DNA of 49,729 nt, from positions 1 through 49,729 of the forward strand of contig JBFIML010000031.1 of NCBI GenBank assembly GCA_041611735.1, in the 5' to 3' direction. The position numbers and the translations under genes were made by a program. The notes below the pieces were generated by a model that saw nothing but the letters and a program-made list of their open reading frames with translations, was not told the DNA's origin and ran no database searches. Shown one piece after another: positions 19,542-29,316 of the stretch. This DNA comes from Myxococcota bacterium (GTDB taxonomy: Bacteria; Myxococcota_A; UBA9160; PR03). How positions within the stretch are numbered: the stretch's first letter is position 1; every line of letters begins with the position of its first letter.

Positions 19542-19994
19542 ATGAGCCACAAGTCCCGGATTCTGGCGCTCCGCATCGCACTCACGGTCACGGCCCTCGA
19601 GTTCTTCGGACCCATCCTGCGGGACTTTTCCGGGAGCCACGCCCTGAACCCCACGTGGGTCGGCCACGCCCGGGTCCACCTGGTCTGGCTGCTCGGCTTC
19701 ATGCTCTTCTCCGGGCTCGCCAATCTCTACCTGGTCTGGCTGCGGCGACCCTTCGAGGTCCGCAACCTCTGGCTCTCCGCCGGCTGGCAGAGCTGCAACC
19801 TGGGCGGCTTCTGGGTGGCCTACCTGCTGACCCCCATCTACGACGGGGAGATCACCGTGCCGGGCATCCACACCTCCATCCTCGGTGTCGACGAGAACGT
19901 CTTCGTCTTCAGCGTGCTCTCGATCATCATGGCCGGCGTGTGGGTCGCGCTCCGCTTCGGTCTCGCGCGGGAGGGCGCCCGTGGCGCCCACTGA
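19542..19994 (+). CDS. Small 4-TM membrane protein (DUF6640-like)
   Basis: HALNPTWVGHARVHLVW motif; four hydrophobic segments; GGAGG RBS. Confidence 0.7.
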   Translation: MSHKSRILALRIALTVTALEFFGPILRDFSGSHALNPTWVGHARVHLVWLLGFMLFSGLANLYLVWLRRPFEVRNLWLSAGWQSCNLGGFWVAYLLTPIYDGEITVPGIHTSILGVDENVFVFSVLSIIMAGVWVALRFGLAREGARGAH

Positions 19995-21696
19995 GGCCCC
20001 GGTGCTGATCGTCGGGGCGGGACCGTCGGGAACCATGGCGGCACTGCTCCTCGAGCAGCTCGGCGTCGAGACCCTGGTGGTGGAGCGTCGCGCCGGGCCC
20101 GGGCGCGCGCCCGCCGCCCACGTCGTCAACGCGCGCACGCTCGAGATCTGCCGCGCCGCAGGTGTGGACGCGAAGGCCCTGGCGGACGCCGCCCGGGATC
20201 CCGCCGACGCCGGCTTCGTCTACTGGGTCACGAAGCTCGGCGGCCGCGTGCTCGGACGGCTCCCCTTCGAGCGTCAGGGCGACGACCAGCGAGAGCTGAC
20301 CCCCACGCCGCTGCGCAACCTCTCCCAGAACCGCTTCGAGCCCATCCTGCTGGAGGCGCTGCGGCGTTCGGGCGGAAGGGTCCCCCGCTGGCGATGGCAA
20401 TGGGAGTCGGCCATCCAGACCGCCGACGGCGTACGCTCACGGATCCGGAATCTCGAGACGGGTGGGGAGCACGAGGTCGCCAGCCGCTACCTGATCGCTG
20501 CAGACGGCGCAGGGAGCCCCATCCGGAAGGCCCTCGGTATCGACGTGGTCGGGCCGGAGCGCATCCAGAGCTTCGTCACGATCCATTTCCTGGCGAACCT
20601 GCGCGGGACTCCCGAGATCCCGCCCGGGGCGCTGTTCTTCGTCTGCGATCCGGCCGCCGGCGGGGGCGTGTTCGTCATCCACGACCTCGATCGGGAGGCG
20701 GTCTACATGCACCCCTTCGATCCCGAGCGCGAGTCGCAAACGAGCTACGACGGAGCGCGCTGCGAGCATCTGGTGCGGCAAGCCATGGCCGGTCCCGCTC
20801 CGGGGCTCTCGATCGAGACCATCGGCTCCTGGAGCATGACGGCCCAGGTGGCGGAGCACTACCGCCAGGGTCGCATCTTCCTGATCGGCGACTCCGCCCA
20901 TCGCTTCCCTCCCACGGGAGGTCTCGGCCTGAACACCGGGGTGCAGGACGCCCACAACCTGGCTTGGAAGCTCGCAGCCGTCCTCCAGGGATGGGCACCG
21001 GAGTCGCTGCTCGAGACCTTCGAGACCGAGCGCCGCCCGGTTGCCCGGACGAACGCAGACCAGAGCCTGCGCAATGCGCTGCGGCTCGTCGAGGTGGCTC
21101 AGGCGCTGGGCGTGACCGACCTCTCGGAGGCCTCGCACGCCAGGATGGAGCAGGCGCTCGCGGACGCCTCCGCGCTCGAACGCGTGCGTGCCGCCATCGC
21201 TCGGCAGGCCGAGCACTTCGACATGCCGGGCCTCCAGCTGGGCTTCTGCTACGAGCAGGGCGCCCTGCTGCGAGCCGACGCAGAGCATCCGCCCGCCCTG
21301 GGCAAGGTCCGCCGCTTCACCCCGTCCGGCTGCCCCGGCGCGCGCCTGCCGCACGCCTGGGTCGAGGAGCATGGCGCCCGTGCCTCGCTCCTCGACTGGG
21401 TCCCCCTGGATCGCTTCGTGCTGCTGGCGGGCCCCGCCGGCCAGCCCTGGGTCGACGCGCTCGCCTCCATCGATGCCGTCCCCCTGGAGGGTCGACGGCT
21501 TTCTCCCGCCGCGGTGCCCGACCTGGAGCGGTGGCTCGACGTCGCGGGGATCGACGCGCAGGGAGCGCTCCTGGTGCGGCCGGACCAGCACGTGGCCTGG
21601 CGCGCCCGGGGAGCGGTCGCCGATCCGGCCCGGGAGCTGTCGCGGGCCCTCGGGGCCGTGCTGGGCACTTCCAACGGGCAGCCCGAGCCCGGCTAG
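19981..21696 (+). CDS. FAD-dependent monooxygenase (2,4-dichlorophenol hydroxylase/PheA-like)
   Basis: GAGPSG, IAADGAGS, GDSAHRFPPTGGLGLNTGVQDAHNL, PGARLPH, LVRPDQHVAW. Confidence 0.9.
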   Translation: MAPTEAPVLIVGAGPSGTMAALLLEQLGVETLVVERRAGPGRAPAAHVVNARTLEICRAAGVDAKALADAARDPADAGFVYWVTKLGGRVLGRLPFERQGDDQRELTPTPLRNLSQNRFEPILLEALRRSGGRVPRWRWQWESAIQTADGVRSRIRNLETGGEHEVASRYLIAADGAGSPIRKALGIDVVGPERIQSFVTIHFLANLRGTPEIPPGALFFVCDPAAGGGVFVIHDLDREAVYMHPFDPERESQTSYDGARCEHLVRQAMAGPAPGLSIETIGSWSMTAQVAEHYRQGRIFLIGDSAHRFPPTGGLGLNTGVQDAHNLAWKLAAVLQGWAPESLLETFETERRPVARTNADQSLRNALRLVEVAQALGVTDLSEASHARMEQALADASALERVRAAIARQAEHFDMPGLQLGFCYEQGALLRADAEHPPALGKVRRFTPSGCPGARLPHAWVEEHGARASLLDWVPLDRFVLLAGPAGQPWVDALASIDAVPLEGRRLSPAAVPDLERWLDVAGIDAQGALLVRPDQHVAWRARGAVADPARELSRALGAVLGTSNGQPEPG

Positions 21697-21729
21697 ACCC
21701 GGCTGGCTCTCGACGCCGCCCCGCGCCCG

Positions 21730-22827
21730 TCAGTCGATCCAGCCCTGGATCCGCGCCGCCTCCTCGCGCAGCGGCTCGGGCGAGCCCAACAGCTGCCGAT
21801 CGACGCCCACGCGCTTGAACCAGTAGTGGAGGTTCTGCTCGTCGGTGAAGCCGATCCCGCCGTGCACCTCGGTGGCGGTGCGCACCACGAAGGGGCCGAT
21901 CTCCGAGAGGTGGGCCTTCGCGTGGCTCGCCAGGAGCGAGGCCTCCTCGGGCACCGCGTCGAAGGCATGAGCCGCGTACCAGACCAGGGACCGGGCCGGC
22001 TCGAGCTCGGCCACCATGTCTGCGCACAGGTGCTTCACCGCCTGGAACGACCCGATCACGCGGTCGAACTGCTTGCGTTGCATGGCGTAGGCCACCGCCA
22101 GCTCGATCGCCCGTGCGCTCGCCCCGAGGATGTCCGCCGCCAGGATGACGCGGCCCGCGTCGAGCATGCGCCCGGTGGCCTCTCCGGCCGCACCCGGCTT
22201 CCCGATCCAGTCGGTGACCTCGACACCGTCGAAGGCGAGCTCGGCGAAGCCGCGGGTGCGGTCGATCGTCCGCAGGGTCGTGCAGGCAAGCCCGGCGGCC
22301 TCGGCGTCCACCAGCACCAGGCTCCGGCCGTCCTCCACGGGGACGAGGAAGCGGTCGGCGCCCACGGCATCGAGGACCATGAGCGAGAGGCCGTGGAGGC
22401 GTCCGCTTCGCAGCTCGACGCCGGCGCCCTCGCGCCGGGAGACGAGCTCGGTGGCGGCGATGCCCATGCGGCAGGTGCCGGTGGCGAGCTGCGGGAGCCA
22501 GCGCGCCTGCTGCTCGGCGCTCCCGGCGGCACACAGCGCCACCGGCGCCATCACCGCGCTGCCGAGGAAGGGGGCCGGGGCCACGCCCCAGGCCAGCGTC
22601 TCGGCGGCGACGGCCGCGTCCAGCAGGCCGAGCCCGCTCCCGCCGTGCGCCTCGGGGATCAGCAGCCCCGCCACGCCGAGCTCGGCCAGCGCCTTCCAGG
22701 TGCCGCCGTCGCCCCCGGGCGTCCGGGCCACGAGCTCGCGCACCCGCGTCACCGGGCACTCCTCCTGGAGGAAGCGCCGCAGGGTCTGGGCCAGGAGGTT
22801 CTGCTCCTCGGAGAGGGCGAAGTCCAT
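21730..22827 (-). CDS. Acyl-CoA dehydrogenase family, short partner subunit
   Basis: MDFALSEEQ, RKQFDRVIGSFQAVKH, EVHGGIGFTDE. Confidence 0.9.
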   Translation of the reverse strand: MDFALSEEQNLLAQTLRRFLQEECPVTRVRELVARTPGGDGGTWKALAELGVAGLLIPEAHGGSGLGLLDAAVAAETLAWGVAPAPFLGSAVMAPVALCAAGSAEQQARWLPQLATGTCRMGIAATELVSRREGAGVELRSGRLHGLSLMVLDAVGADRFLVPVEDGRSLVLVDAEAAGLACTTLRTIDRTRGFAELAFDGVEVTDWIGKPGAAGEATGRMLDAGRVILAADILGASARAIELAVAYAMQRKQFDRVIGSFQAVKHLCADMVAELEPARSLVWYAAHAFDAVPEEASLLASHAKAHLSEIGPFVVRTATEVHGGIGFTDEQNLHYWFKRVGVDRQLLGSPEPLREEAARIQGWID

Positions 22828-22832
22828 GGCGG

Positions 22833-24038
22833 CTACTCCCGGGCCTGCGGCTTCGGCTCGCGGGGCATGCCGAGCCCCCGCTCGCTGATGATGTTCTTCT
22901 GGATCTGGGCGGTGCCACCGCCGATGATGAGGCCGAGGGTGAACATGTGCTGGCTCTGCCAGCGCCCGCCGTCCCGCTCGTGCGGGGAGCCCTCGTAGAG
23001 GGTGCCGAGCTCGCCGAGCGCGTCGAGGCCGAGGGCGTTCAGCTGGTGGCTCACCTCGCAGCCCGCGAGCTTGGTGACCAGCCCCGCCACGCCCGGGCTC
23101 TCCCCCTTGACCCGCGCGGTGAGCATGCGCAGGGCGTGGTACTTCATGGCGAGCACACGCGACTGCAGGCGCAGCAGGCGGTCGCGCAGTACGGGCGAGT
23201 CCATGGCGCGCACCCCGTTGGAAGTCTCGCGCTGCATCAGCGCCACCAGGCTGCGCAAGGTGCCGTCGAGGACTGCGCTCGAGGCGAGCATGTTCCGCTC
23301 GTGGCGGAGCGTCGTGTTGGCGATCTTCCAACCCTCACCGCGCTTCCCGACCACGTTGGCCTGGGGGACGCGGGCGTCGCTGAGGAAGACCTCGTTGAAC
23401 TCGGCCTCCCCGGTCATGGTGGCCAGGGGCCGCACCTCGATGCCGGGGATGTCCATGGGGATCAGCAGGTAGCTGAGCCCTCCGTGCTTGGAGGCGCCGG
23501 GCTCGGTGCGGATCAGGCCGAACATCATGTCGGACGCGTGGGCCGTGGTGGTCCAGATCTTCTGGCCTGTGACGAGGAAGTCCGAGCCGGACTCGACGGC
23601 GCGGGTCTGGACGCTGGCGAGATCGCTGCCCGAGCCGGGCTCCGAGTAGCCCTGGCACCAGACGACCTCGCCGCGCAGGGTCGGTCCGATCCAGCGCCGC
23701 TTCTGCTCCTCGCTCCCGTGCTCGAGCAGCGTGGGCACGAGCATCTCGGGCCCCTGCCCGCCGATGCCCCGGGAGACGCCGGCGCGGTTCAGCTCCTCTT
23801 CGAGGATCACCTGCTTCAAGAGGTCGGGCTCGGCCCCGTAGCCACCGTACTCCCTGGGGATGGTGCGGGCGGCATAGCCGTGCTCGATCAGGAGCGCCTG
23901 CCAGACGCGCAGGGCCTCGCCAGCCTTGCCGGCCGCCACGCCCATGCCGGCCCGGGGCGCGCGGTCGCCCTGCTCGGCGAGAAAAGCGCGGATCTCCGCG
24001 CGGAAGGCCTGGTACTCGGGGCCGTAGCTCAGGTCCAT
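22833..24038 (-). CDS. Acyl-CoA dehydrogenase family, catalytic subunit (FadE/ChsE-like)
   Basis: WCQGYSEPGSGSDLAS, GQKIWTT, FNEVF, TLRHER, IGGGTAQIQKNII. Confidence 0.92.
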   Translation of the reverse strand: MDLSYGPEYQAFRAEIRAFLAEQGDRAPRAGMGVAAGKAGEALRVWQALLIEHGYAARTIPREYGGYGAEPDLLKQVILEEELNRAGVSRGIGGQGPEMLVPTLLEHGSEEQKRRWIGPTLRGEVVWCQGYSEPGSGSDLASVQTRAVESGSDFLVTGQKIWTTTAHASDMMFGLIRTEPGASKHGGLSYLLIPMDIPGIEVRPLATMTGEAEFNEVFLSDARVPQANVVGKRGEGWKIANTTLRHERNMLASSAVLDGTLRSLVALMQRETSNGVRAMDSPVLRDRLLRLQSRVLAMKYHALRMLTARVKGESPGVAGLVTKLAGCEVSHQLNALGLDALGELGTLYEGSPHERDGGRWQSQHMFTLGLIIGGGTAQIQKNIISERGLGMPREPKPQARE

Positions 24039-24118
24039 CGGGTCTCCTCGAACGGCACTCCTGGGATGGAGCCGAGAAGGAGAAGGGTCAGCCAGCTGTG
24101 AGGAAGGCGCAAGAACGG

Positions 24119-25600
24119 TCAACCGTCGCTGTCGCGCTCCGGTGCGAACCCGCTCTGCAAGAGGGACGCCACGGCGCCCATCACCGTCTCGTAGAGTCGC
24201 CCGTGGAAGTGGGCATCGAAGCGGGCGAGGCCGTCCTCGAGGTCCGAGCGGCGGTAGAGCCGCCCATCGACCAGGACCGCCACCAAGCGGGTCGGCGCCG
24301 GAAGGTCGCCGCGCGGGTCGCTGTCCAGGAAGATCAGGTCGGCCGGGGCACCGATCGCCAGGGTTCCCAGGCCGGGGGCGCCGAGCGCGGCGCCGGCCTC
24401 TCGCGTCGCGATTCCCCACGCGTCTCGCGGGGAGAGGCCCGCTCCCACCAGCTCGGCCAGCTCGCCGTGCAGGCTCGAGCCCGGGGCGACGTACGGCATC
24501 AGCGTATCGGTGCCCGCGTGCACCGGAACGCCGGCCCGGTGCAGGCCCGCAGCGAGCGCCGCCTGGCGCGCTCGGAATCGACGGTGGACGCGCTCTGCGT
24601 CCCGGTCGCCGGCCGCGAAGGGCGCGGCCCAGAGGAGCTTCCACACGCCGGCCCAGAAGCGTGGCAGATGGCGGAGTCCCGTGTCGCGGGCGACCCGTGC
24701 GTCGTCGAAGCCGCTCCCCACGAGGAGTCGCATGCGCGCATTCACCAGCGTGGGCGTGTGGGCGATGCCCTGCTCCCGGGACACCCGGGCCACGTGGTCG
24801 ATGCGTGCGTCGTCGACGCTGGCCCAGTCCTCGGGACGAAAGTCCTGGCCATCCACTTGGGCGAGATCCACGAGCACGGCGCCGGTGCCGTGCTGGAGGT
24901 CGGCGATCCCAGCCTGCTCCAGGCGCACGGAGTGCGGCGCGTGGCCCACGAGCGGCAGACCCGCTTCCGCTGCGGCAGTGCGGATGCTCGCCAGCACCTC
25001 GGGCTCGAGCATGTTGTAGACCTTGACGCAGTCTGCGCCGGCTTCGGCCTGTTCCGCCACCGCGGCGCGCGCCTCGGCAGGAGTGCGCACCACTCGGTTG
25101 GTGGGAAAGGAGGGGGGCTGGCCGTCCAGCATCGCTCCGCACGCGAAGATCCTGGGCCCCGGCCGCTCGCCGGCGCGGATCCGCTCGCGCACGGCGAAGA
25201 TGCTGCCATCGATGCTTCCCATCTCCCGGACCGAAGTCACCCCGTGGGCCAGGAACAGGAGCGACCACAGCTCGGCGTTTCCCACCGCCACGGCAGGCGG
25301 GTAGTGGACGTGCATGTCCACGAGGCCGGGCGTCACGAAGCTCCCGGCCAGGTCGTGGGCCTCCTCCGCACTCTCCGACGCGCCGGCGGATCCCGTGATG
25401 GAGTGGATCTTGCCGTCCGCGACCCGGAGCGTGCCCGCGCGGGGCGGGCGACCGGGCTCCACCAGTACGACGTCCCGGAAGACCCAGCTGCGTCGCTCGG
25501 GGACCGGGAGGGTCGGGGGCCGCAGGGCCACGGCGATCCCGAGACCGATCCCGAGCAGCCCGGCCAGGCCCACGGCCGCGACGAGCACCAGACGCTTCAA
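24119..25600 (-). CDS. Amidohydrolase family protein with N-terminal TM anchor
   Basis: PGLVDMHVH, VKVY, VGHAP, QHG, AGTD; start (TTG 25600) inferred. Confidence 0.8.
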   Translation of the reverse strand: MKRLVLVAAVGLAGLLGIGLGIAVALRPPTLPVPERRSWVFRDVVLVEPGRPPRAGTLRVADGKIHSITGSAGASESAEEAHDLAGSFVTPGLVDMHVHYPPAVAVGNAELWSLLFLAHGVTSVREMGSIDGSIFAVRERIRAGERPGPRIFACGAMLDGQPPSFPTNRVVRTPAEARAAVAEQAEAGADCVKVYNMLEPEVLASIRTAAAEAGLPLVGHAPHSVRLEQAGIADLQHGTGAVLVDLAQVDGQDFRPEDWASVDDARIDHVARVSREQGIAHTPTLVNARMRLLVGSGFDDARVARDTGLRHLPRFWAGVWKLLWAAPFAAGDRDAERVHRRFRARQAALAAGLHRAGVPVHAGTDTLMPYVAPGSSLHGELAELVGAGLSPRDAWGIATREAGAALGAPGLGTLAIGAPADLIFLDSDPRGDLPAPTRLVAVLVDGRLYRRSDLEDGLARFDAHFHGRLYETVMGAVASLLQSGFAPERDSDG

Positions 25601-25605
25601 GTCGG

Positions 25606-28600
25606 CTACCGGGCGCTGGAACGGAGCCGCTCCGCTCGGACTTCGTAGTGGGCGAGGCCGAGCTCGCGGAACAGGTCGCATGCCGCTCCCGCGTGGCGGC
25701 GCGCCGCATCGGGCTCGCCCTGGGCGGCCGCCAGCCCGGCGAGGCCGAGCAGACCCTTGGCCAGCGGCGTGCGCGCGCCCAGACGCCGGGCCAGGGCCAT
25801 GGCCTCGCCGAGCGCGCGCTGGGAGGTGCTCCAATGGTTCGCGCCGAGGCGCGTGGAGACCGAACCGAACGCGAGCAGACTGGTGGTGCGACGCAGGTAC
25901 GCCCCGGAGCGCGAGACCGCGCCCTCGGCGACGCGACGCGCGGACTCGATCTGCCCGAGCTCGAGCAGGACGTCCACGATCTGGTCGAGGTTCAGCGCGA
26001 AGTCACCGCCCCGGAGCAGACCCCGCTCGAGCCGCTCCAGCTCGGAAGCCGAGGCGCTCCGGTCACCCCGCTCGCAGCCGACCGCCAGCAGCACTGCGGT
26101 GCAGTTGCGCACGGTGACGAGATTCCCGATCTCCTCGCCGATGCTGAGCGCCTCCTTGGCCAGGCGATCGGCCTCGTCGTAGCGAGCCGTGAAGAAATGC
26201 TGGCTCGCCAGCATGGAGCCGCTCGCGCTCTCGATGGTGCGGTTGCCCATGCGGCGCGCCAACTCGTGGGTCTCCCGGGTCTCCTGCTCGGCCGCGGCGA
26301 CGTCGTCGGAGTGGTGCGTGATCTGACAGGCGAGGAAGCGGGTGCCCATGTACACCCCGGAGCCGGCCTGCGCCTCGCCGAGCTTCTCGAAGACCGCCAG
26401 CGACCCGTCGATGGTCCGGCGGGCGTCGGCGAAGCGACCGTCGAGGAGATAGGCCCAGGCGAGGCCGCGCTGGTGCCGCGCCAGCATGGTGTCCGACTCG
26501 GCCTCGCGCCCGGTCGCGAGCGCCTTCTCCACCAGGGACACGCCCTGCTCGAAGCGCTCGCGCGAGCCCCCGACCAGGAGCATGCCGTGGAGCGCGTAGA
26601 GGTTGGCGAGGGACTCGGTCTCGCCGAGCGCACCGGCCAGCTCCTCGCCGCGGCGGGCGGCGCGATCCTCCTCGAGACCCTCGGGCGTGCCGTAGAGCAC
26701 GCTCACCCGGCAAACGCCTTCGACGGCGCGCAGCACGAAGCGGCGCAGGCGCTCGTCGTCGGGGCGCTCGGCCAGAACAGCCTCGGCAAGCTCCCAGGCC
26801 TCGCGATGCAGGCGGACCGCGTCACCGTACGAAGGCAACTGCTCGGCCTGCTGCGCGGCTTCGAGCATGAGCTCGACGCCGCGCTCGCGATCGTCGCTGC
26901 GAGCCCAGTGATGCGCGACCAGCGCCTTCTCGTCCTTCTCCAGCAGTTGCGCCGCGCGTCCGTGCAGACGCCGTCGCTCCCGCAGCAGCAGGCCCTGGTA
27001 GGCGACCTCCTGGGTCAGGCTCTCGCCGAAGCGGAACTCGCCGCCGGGCATGCGGCGCACGATCCCGCGCCGCTCGAGCTCGCTGAGCGAGGGGCCCGCG
27101 TCCTCCTGGAGGAGCGCGCCCAGCACGTCGCTCCGGAACTGGCGACCGAGCACGGCGGCCACCTGGGCGACGCGCTTGGCCCGCGGCTCCAGGCGGTCCA
27201 GGCGCGCGCTGAGCAGCTCCTGGAGGGAGTCGGGAATGCGGATCTCGTGGACCGGCCGGGTGACCTCCACCGCTCCGTCCCGGCCGACCAGGGTTCCGTC
27301 TTCGACGAGGCCGCGCGTGAGCTCCTCGAGGAAGAAGGGGTTGCCCACGCCCTGTCGAAGGATGCGGGCCTCGAGCTCCGTCGGGAGCGTCCCGCCGGCC
27401 AGCTCGCGCACGATCTCCACCGCATCCACGTCGGGGAGCGGACGCAGCTGGAGCTGCGTCACCGCCGCGGACTGCCAGCGGGCCTCGAAGTCGGGGCGGT
27501 GGGTGACGAGCATCATGCAGCGCTCCGCTCCGAAGCCCGAGATGGCGAGCTCGAGCGCCTCGCGGGAGGCGTCGTCGATCCAGTGGAGGTCCTCGACGAT
27601 CATGACCACGGGCTTCTCGCGGCTGGCGCGACAGACGAGCTGATCCACGGCCTCGAAGGTGTTGGCGGAGCCGTCGGCGCCCGGCAGCGAGAGGACGCGG
27701 CGAAACCCCGGCAGGAGGTCCTCGTCGACCTTGGCGCGAAGCTTCTCGAGCGCGGCCTCCGGCGCCTCTCCGGCCTCGATGCCGAAGTAGCGCCGCATCA
27801 TGTCCACCCACAGGGCATAGGGAACGTCGCGTTTGAGCGAGGAGCAGCGCGCGGCGAAGAGCTCCACCGGACGCCCGGCGAGCCAGTTCTGGAACTCGTG
27901 GACGAGGCGGGACTTCCCGCTCCCGGCAGCCCCGACGACGGCCACCACCTGCGCCAGGTTGCTCGCAACGCGCTCGAAGGCGGCCTGGAGGTGCGCCAGC
28001 TCCTGGGCGCGGCCCACGAAGGACGTGAGCGCACGCGTCTCCCCGGGCGCGTCGGAGACGGCGAGCACCCGATAGGCCGTCACGGTCTCGCGCTTGCCCT
28101 TCACGGGGAAGGGGCCCTTCCGCTCCAGGCGGAAGCGCCCACGCACCAGTCGCTGGGTCGCCTCGCTGGCGAGGATGGTTCCCGGCTCGGCCAGCGCCTC
28201 CAGACGGGCCGCCAGGTTCGTGGTGTCGCCGATGGCGGTGTAGTCCATCTTGAAGTCGTTGCCGACGGTTCCCACCACGACCATGCCGGTGTGGACACCG
28301 ATGCGCGGCTGCAATGCAAAGCCTCGCAGCGCATCGCGAATGGCCAGTGCGGCGCGCAGCGCGCGTTCGGGCGCATCCTCGTGGGCGACAGGCGCGCCGA
28401 AGAGCGCCATGAAGCCATCGCCCGCCAGCTGGTTCACGATCCCTTCGAAGCGGCGGATCTGGGCGAACGAGAGCTCCAAGTAGCGGTCGAGCAGCTCACG
28501 GTACTCCTCGGGATCGAGCCGCTCGGCGGCTGCCGTCGAGCCGGCGAGGTCACAGAAGAGCACCGTCACCCGCTTGCGCTCGCCGGGGAGATCGCGCGTC

Positions 28601-28749
28601 TCGATCGACGCGCCGCAGTCCGGACAGAAGCGGAACTGGGGATGGCTCGGGGCGCCGCAGCTCGGGCAAGCCCGCCCGGCCGGCGCGCCGCAGGCGTGGC
28701 AGAACTTCTTGCCCGGGATCAGCTCGGTGCCGCAGGCGGTGCAGCGCAT
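25606..28749 (-). CDS. Double zinc ribbon + class III adenylate/guanylate cyclase + STAND AAA ATPase + TPR-like protein
   Basis: 4 CxxC at N-terminus; TVLFCDLAGST, GDGFMALFGAP, DYTAIGDTTNLAARL; Walker A GAAGSGKS, Walker B VEDLHW; GNPFFLEEL; helical C-terminus. Confidence 0.9.
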   Translation of the reverse strand: MRCTACGTELIPGKKFCHACGAPAGRACPSCGAPSHPQFRFCPDCGASIETRDLPGERKRVTVLFCDLAGSTAAAERLDPEEYRELLDRYLELSFAQIRRFEGIVNQLAGDGFMALFGAPVAHEDAPERALRAALAIRDALRGFALQPRIGVHTGMVVVGTVGNDFKMDYTAIGDTTNLAARLEALAEPGTILASEATQRLVRGRFRLERKGPFPVKGKRETVTAYRVLAVSDAPGETRALTSFVGRAQELAHLQAAFERVASNLAQVVAVVGAAGSGKSRLVHEFQNWLAGRPVELFAARCSSLKRDVPYALWVDMMRRYFGIEAGEAPEAALEKLRAKVDEDLLPGFRRVLSLPGADGSANTFEAVDQLVCRASREKPVVMIVEDLHWIDDASREALELAISGFGAERCMMLVTHRPDFEARWQSAAVTQLQLRPLPDVDAVEIVRELAGGTLPTELEARILRQGVGNPFFLEELTRGLVEDGTLVGRDGAVEVTRPVHEIRIPDSLQELLSARLDRLEPRAKRVAQVAAVLGRQFRSDVLGALLQEDAGPSLSELERRGIVRRMPGGEFRFGESLTQEVAYQGLLLRERRRLHGRAAQLLEKDEKALVAHHWARSDDRERGVELMLEAAQQAEQLPSYGDAVRLHREAWELAEAVLAERPDDERLRRFVLRAVEGVCRVSVLYGTPEGLEEDRAARRGEELAGALGETESLANLYALHGMLLVGGSRERFEQGVSLVEKALATGREAESDTMLARHQRGLAWAYLLDGRFADARRTIDGSLAVFEKLGEAQAGSGVYMGTRFLACQITHHSDDVAAAEQETRETHELARRMGNRTIESASGSMLASQHFFTARYDEADRLAKEALSIGEEIGNLVTVRNCTAVLLAVGCERGDRSASASELERLERGLLRGGDFALNLDQIVDVLLELGQIESARRVAEGAVSRSGAYLRRTTSLLAFGSVSTRLGANHWSTSQRALGEAMALARRLGARTPLAKGLLGLAGLAAAQGEPDAARRHAGAACDLFRELGLAHYEVRAERLRSSAR

Positions 28750-28751
28750 GC

Positions 28752-29288
28752 TCAACTCGTAGGCTTCGGCGTGCAGAGCAGGCTTCCCTCGGGCGTGAGC
28801 TCGCGCACGCACTCGTCGCCGCACACCTGGGCCAGCCGCCGGCGCGCCCGGTGCAGGCGCACGCGGGCGGCGCCTTCCGAGCAGCCGAGCGCGGCGGCAG
28901 TCTCAGTTAGCGACATCTCGCCGAACTCGTGGAGCAGCAGAACACGGCGGGCTTCGAGGGGGAGCTCGGCAATTGCCTCCAGGACGCAGTCGTGGGTGGC
29001 CCTGCGGTCCGGGCGGTCGAAGGACGACGGGGTCGGCTCGGCGTCTGGAGCGGCCTGGGACCGTTCCGTGGTGCGCTGGCGCAGGTGGTCCCGCCAGACG
29101 TTCAGGGCGATGCGTCGCGCCCAGGCGGAGAGCGGCGCGTCGCCCCGGAAGCCGGGCAGTCCACGCAAGACCCGCACGAGCGTCTCCTGGGCCAGATCCT
29201 CCGCCAGGGCGGGCTCGCCCACGCGCGGGGTGAGGAAGGCCAGGATCTGGCGGCGCAGGCCTTCGGCCGCCTCGGCGTCCAGAGGCAC
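28752..29288 (-). CDS. ECF sigma factor with Cys-containing C-terminal extension
   Basis: AEDLAQETLVR, SAWARRIALN, RVRLHRARRRL followed by VCGDECVRELTPEGSLLCTPK; GTG after AGGAGG. Confidence 0.88.
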   Translation of the reverse strand: MPLDAEAAEGLRRQILAFLTPRVGEPALAEDLAQETLVRVLRGLPGFRGDAPLSAWARRIALNVWRDHLRQRTTERSQAAPDAEPTPSSFDRPDRRATHDCVLEAIAELPLEARRVLLLHEFGEMSLTETAAALGCSEGAARVRLHRARRRLAQVCGDECVRELTPEGSLLCTPKPTS

Positions 29289-29316
29289 GTGGAGCCTCCT
29301 GAGCCCGGAGGGTAGC

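Noticed and set aside
21730-25709. Apparent long N-terminal fusions on the two ACAD ORFs (533 and 958 aa)
   Set aside because: The extensions overlap neighbouring genes in other frames; canonical MDF/MDL starts are present
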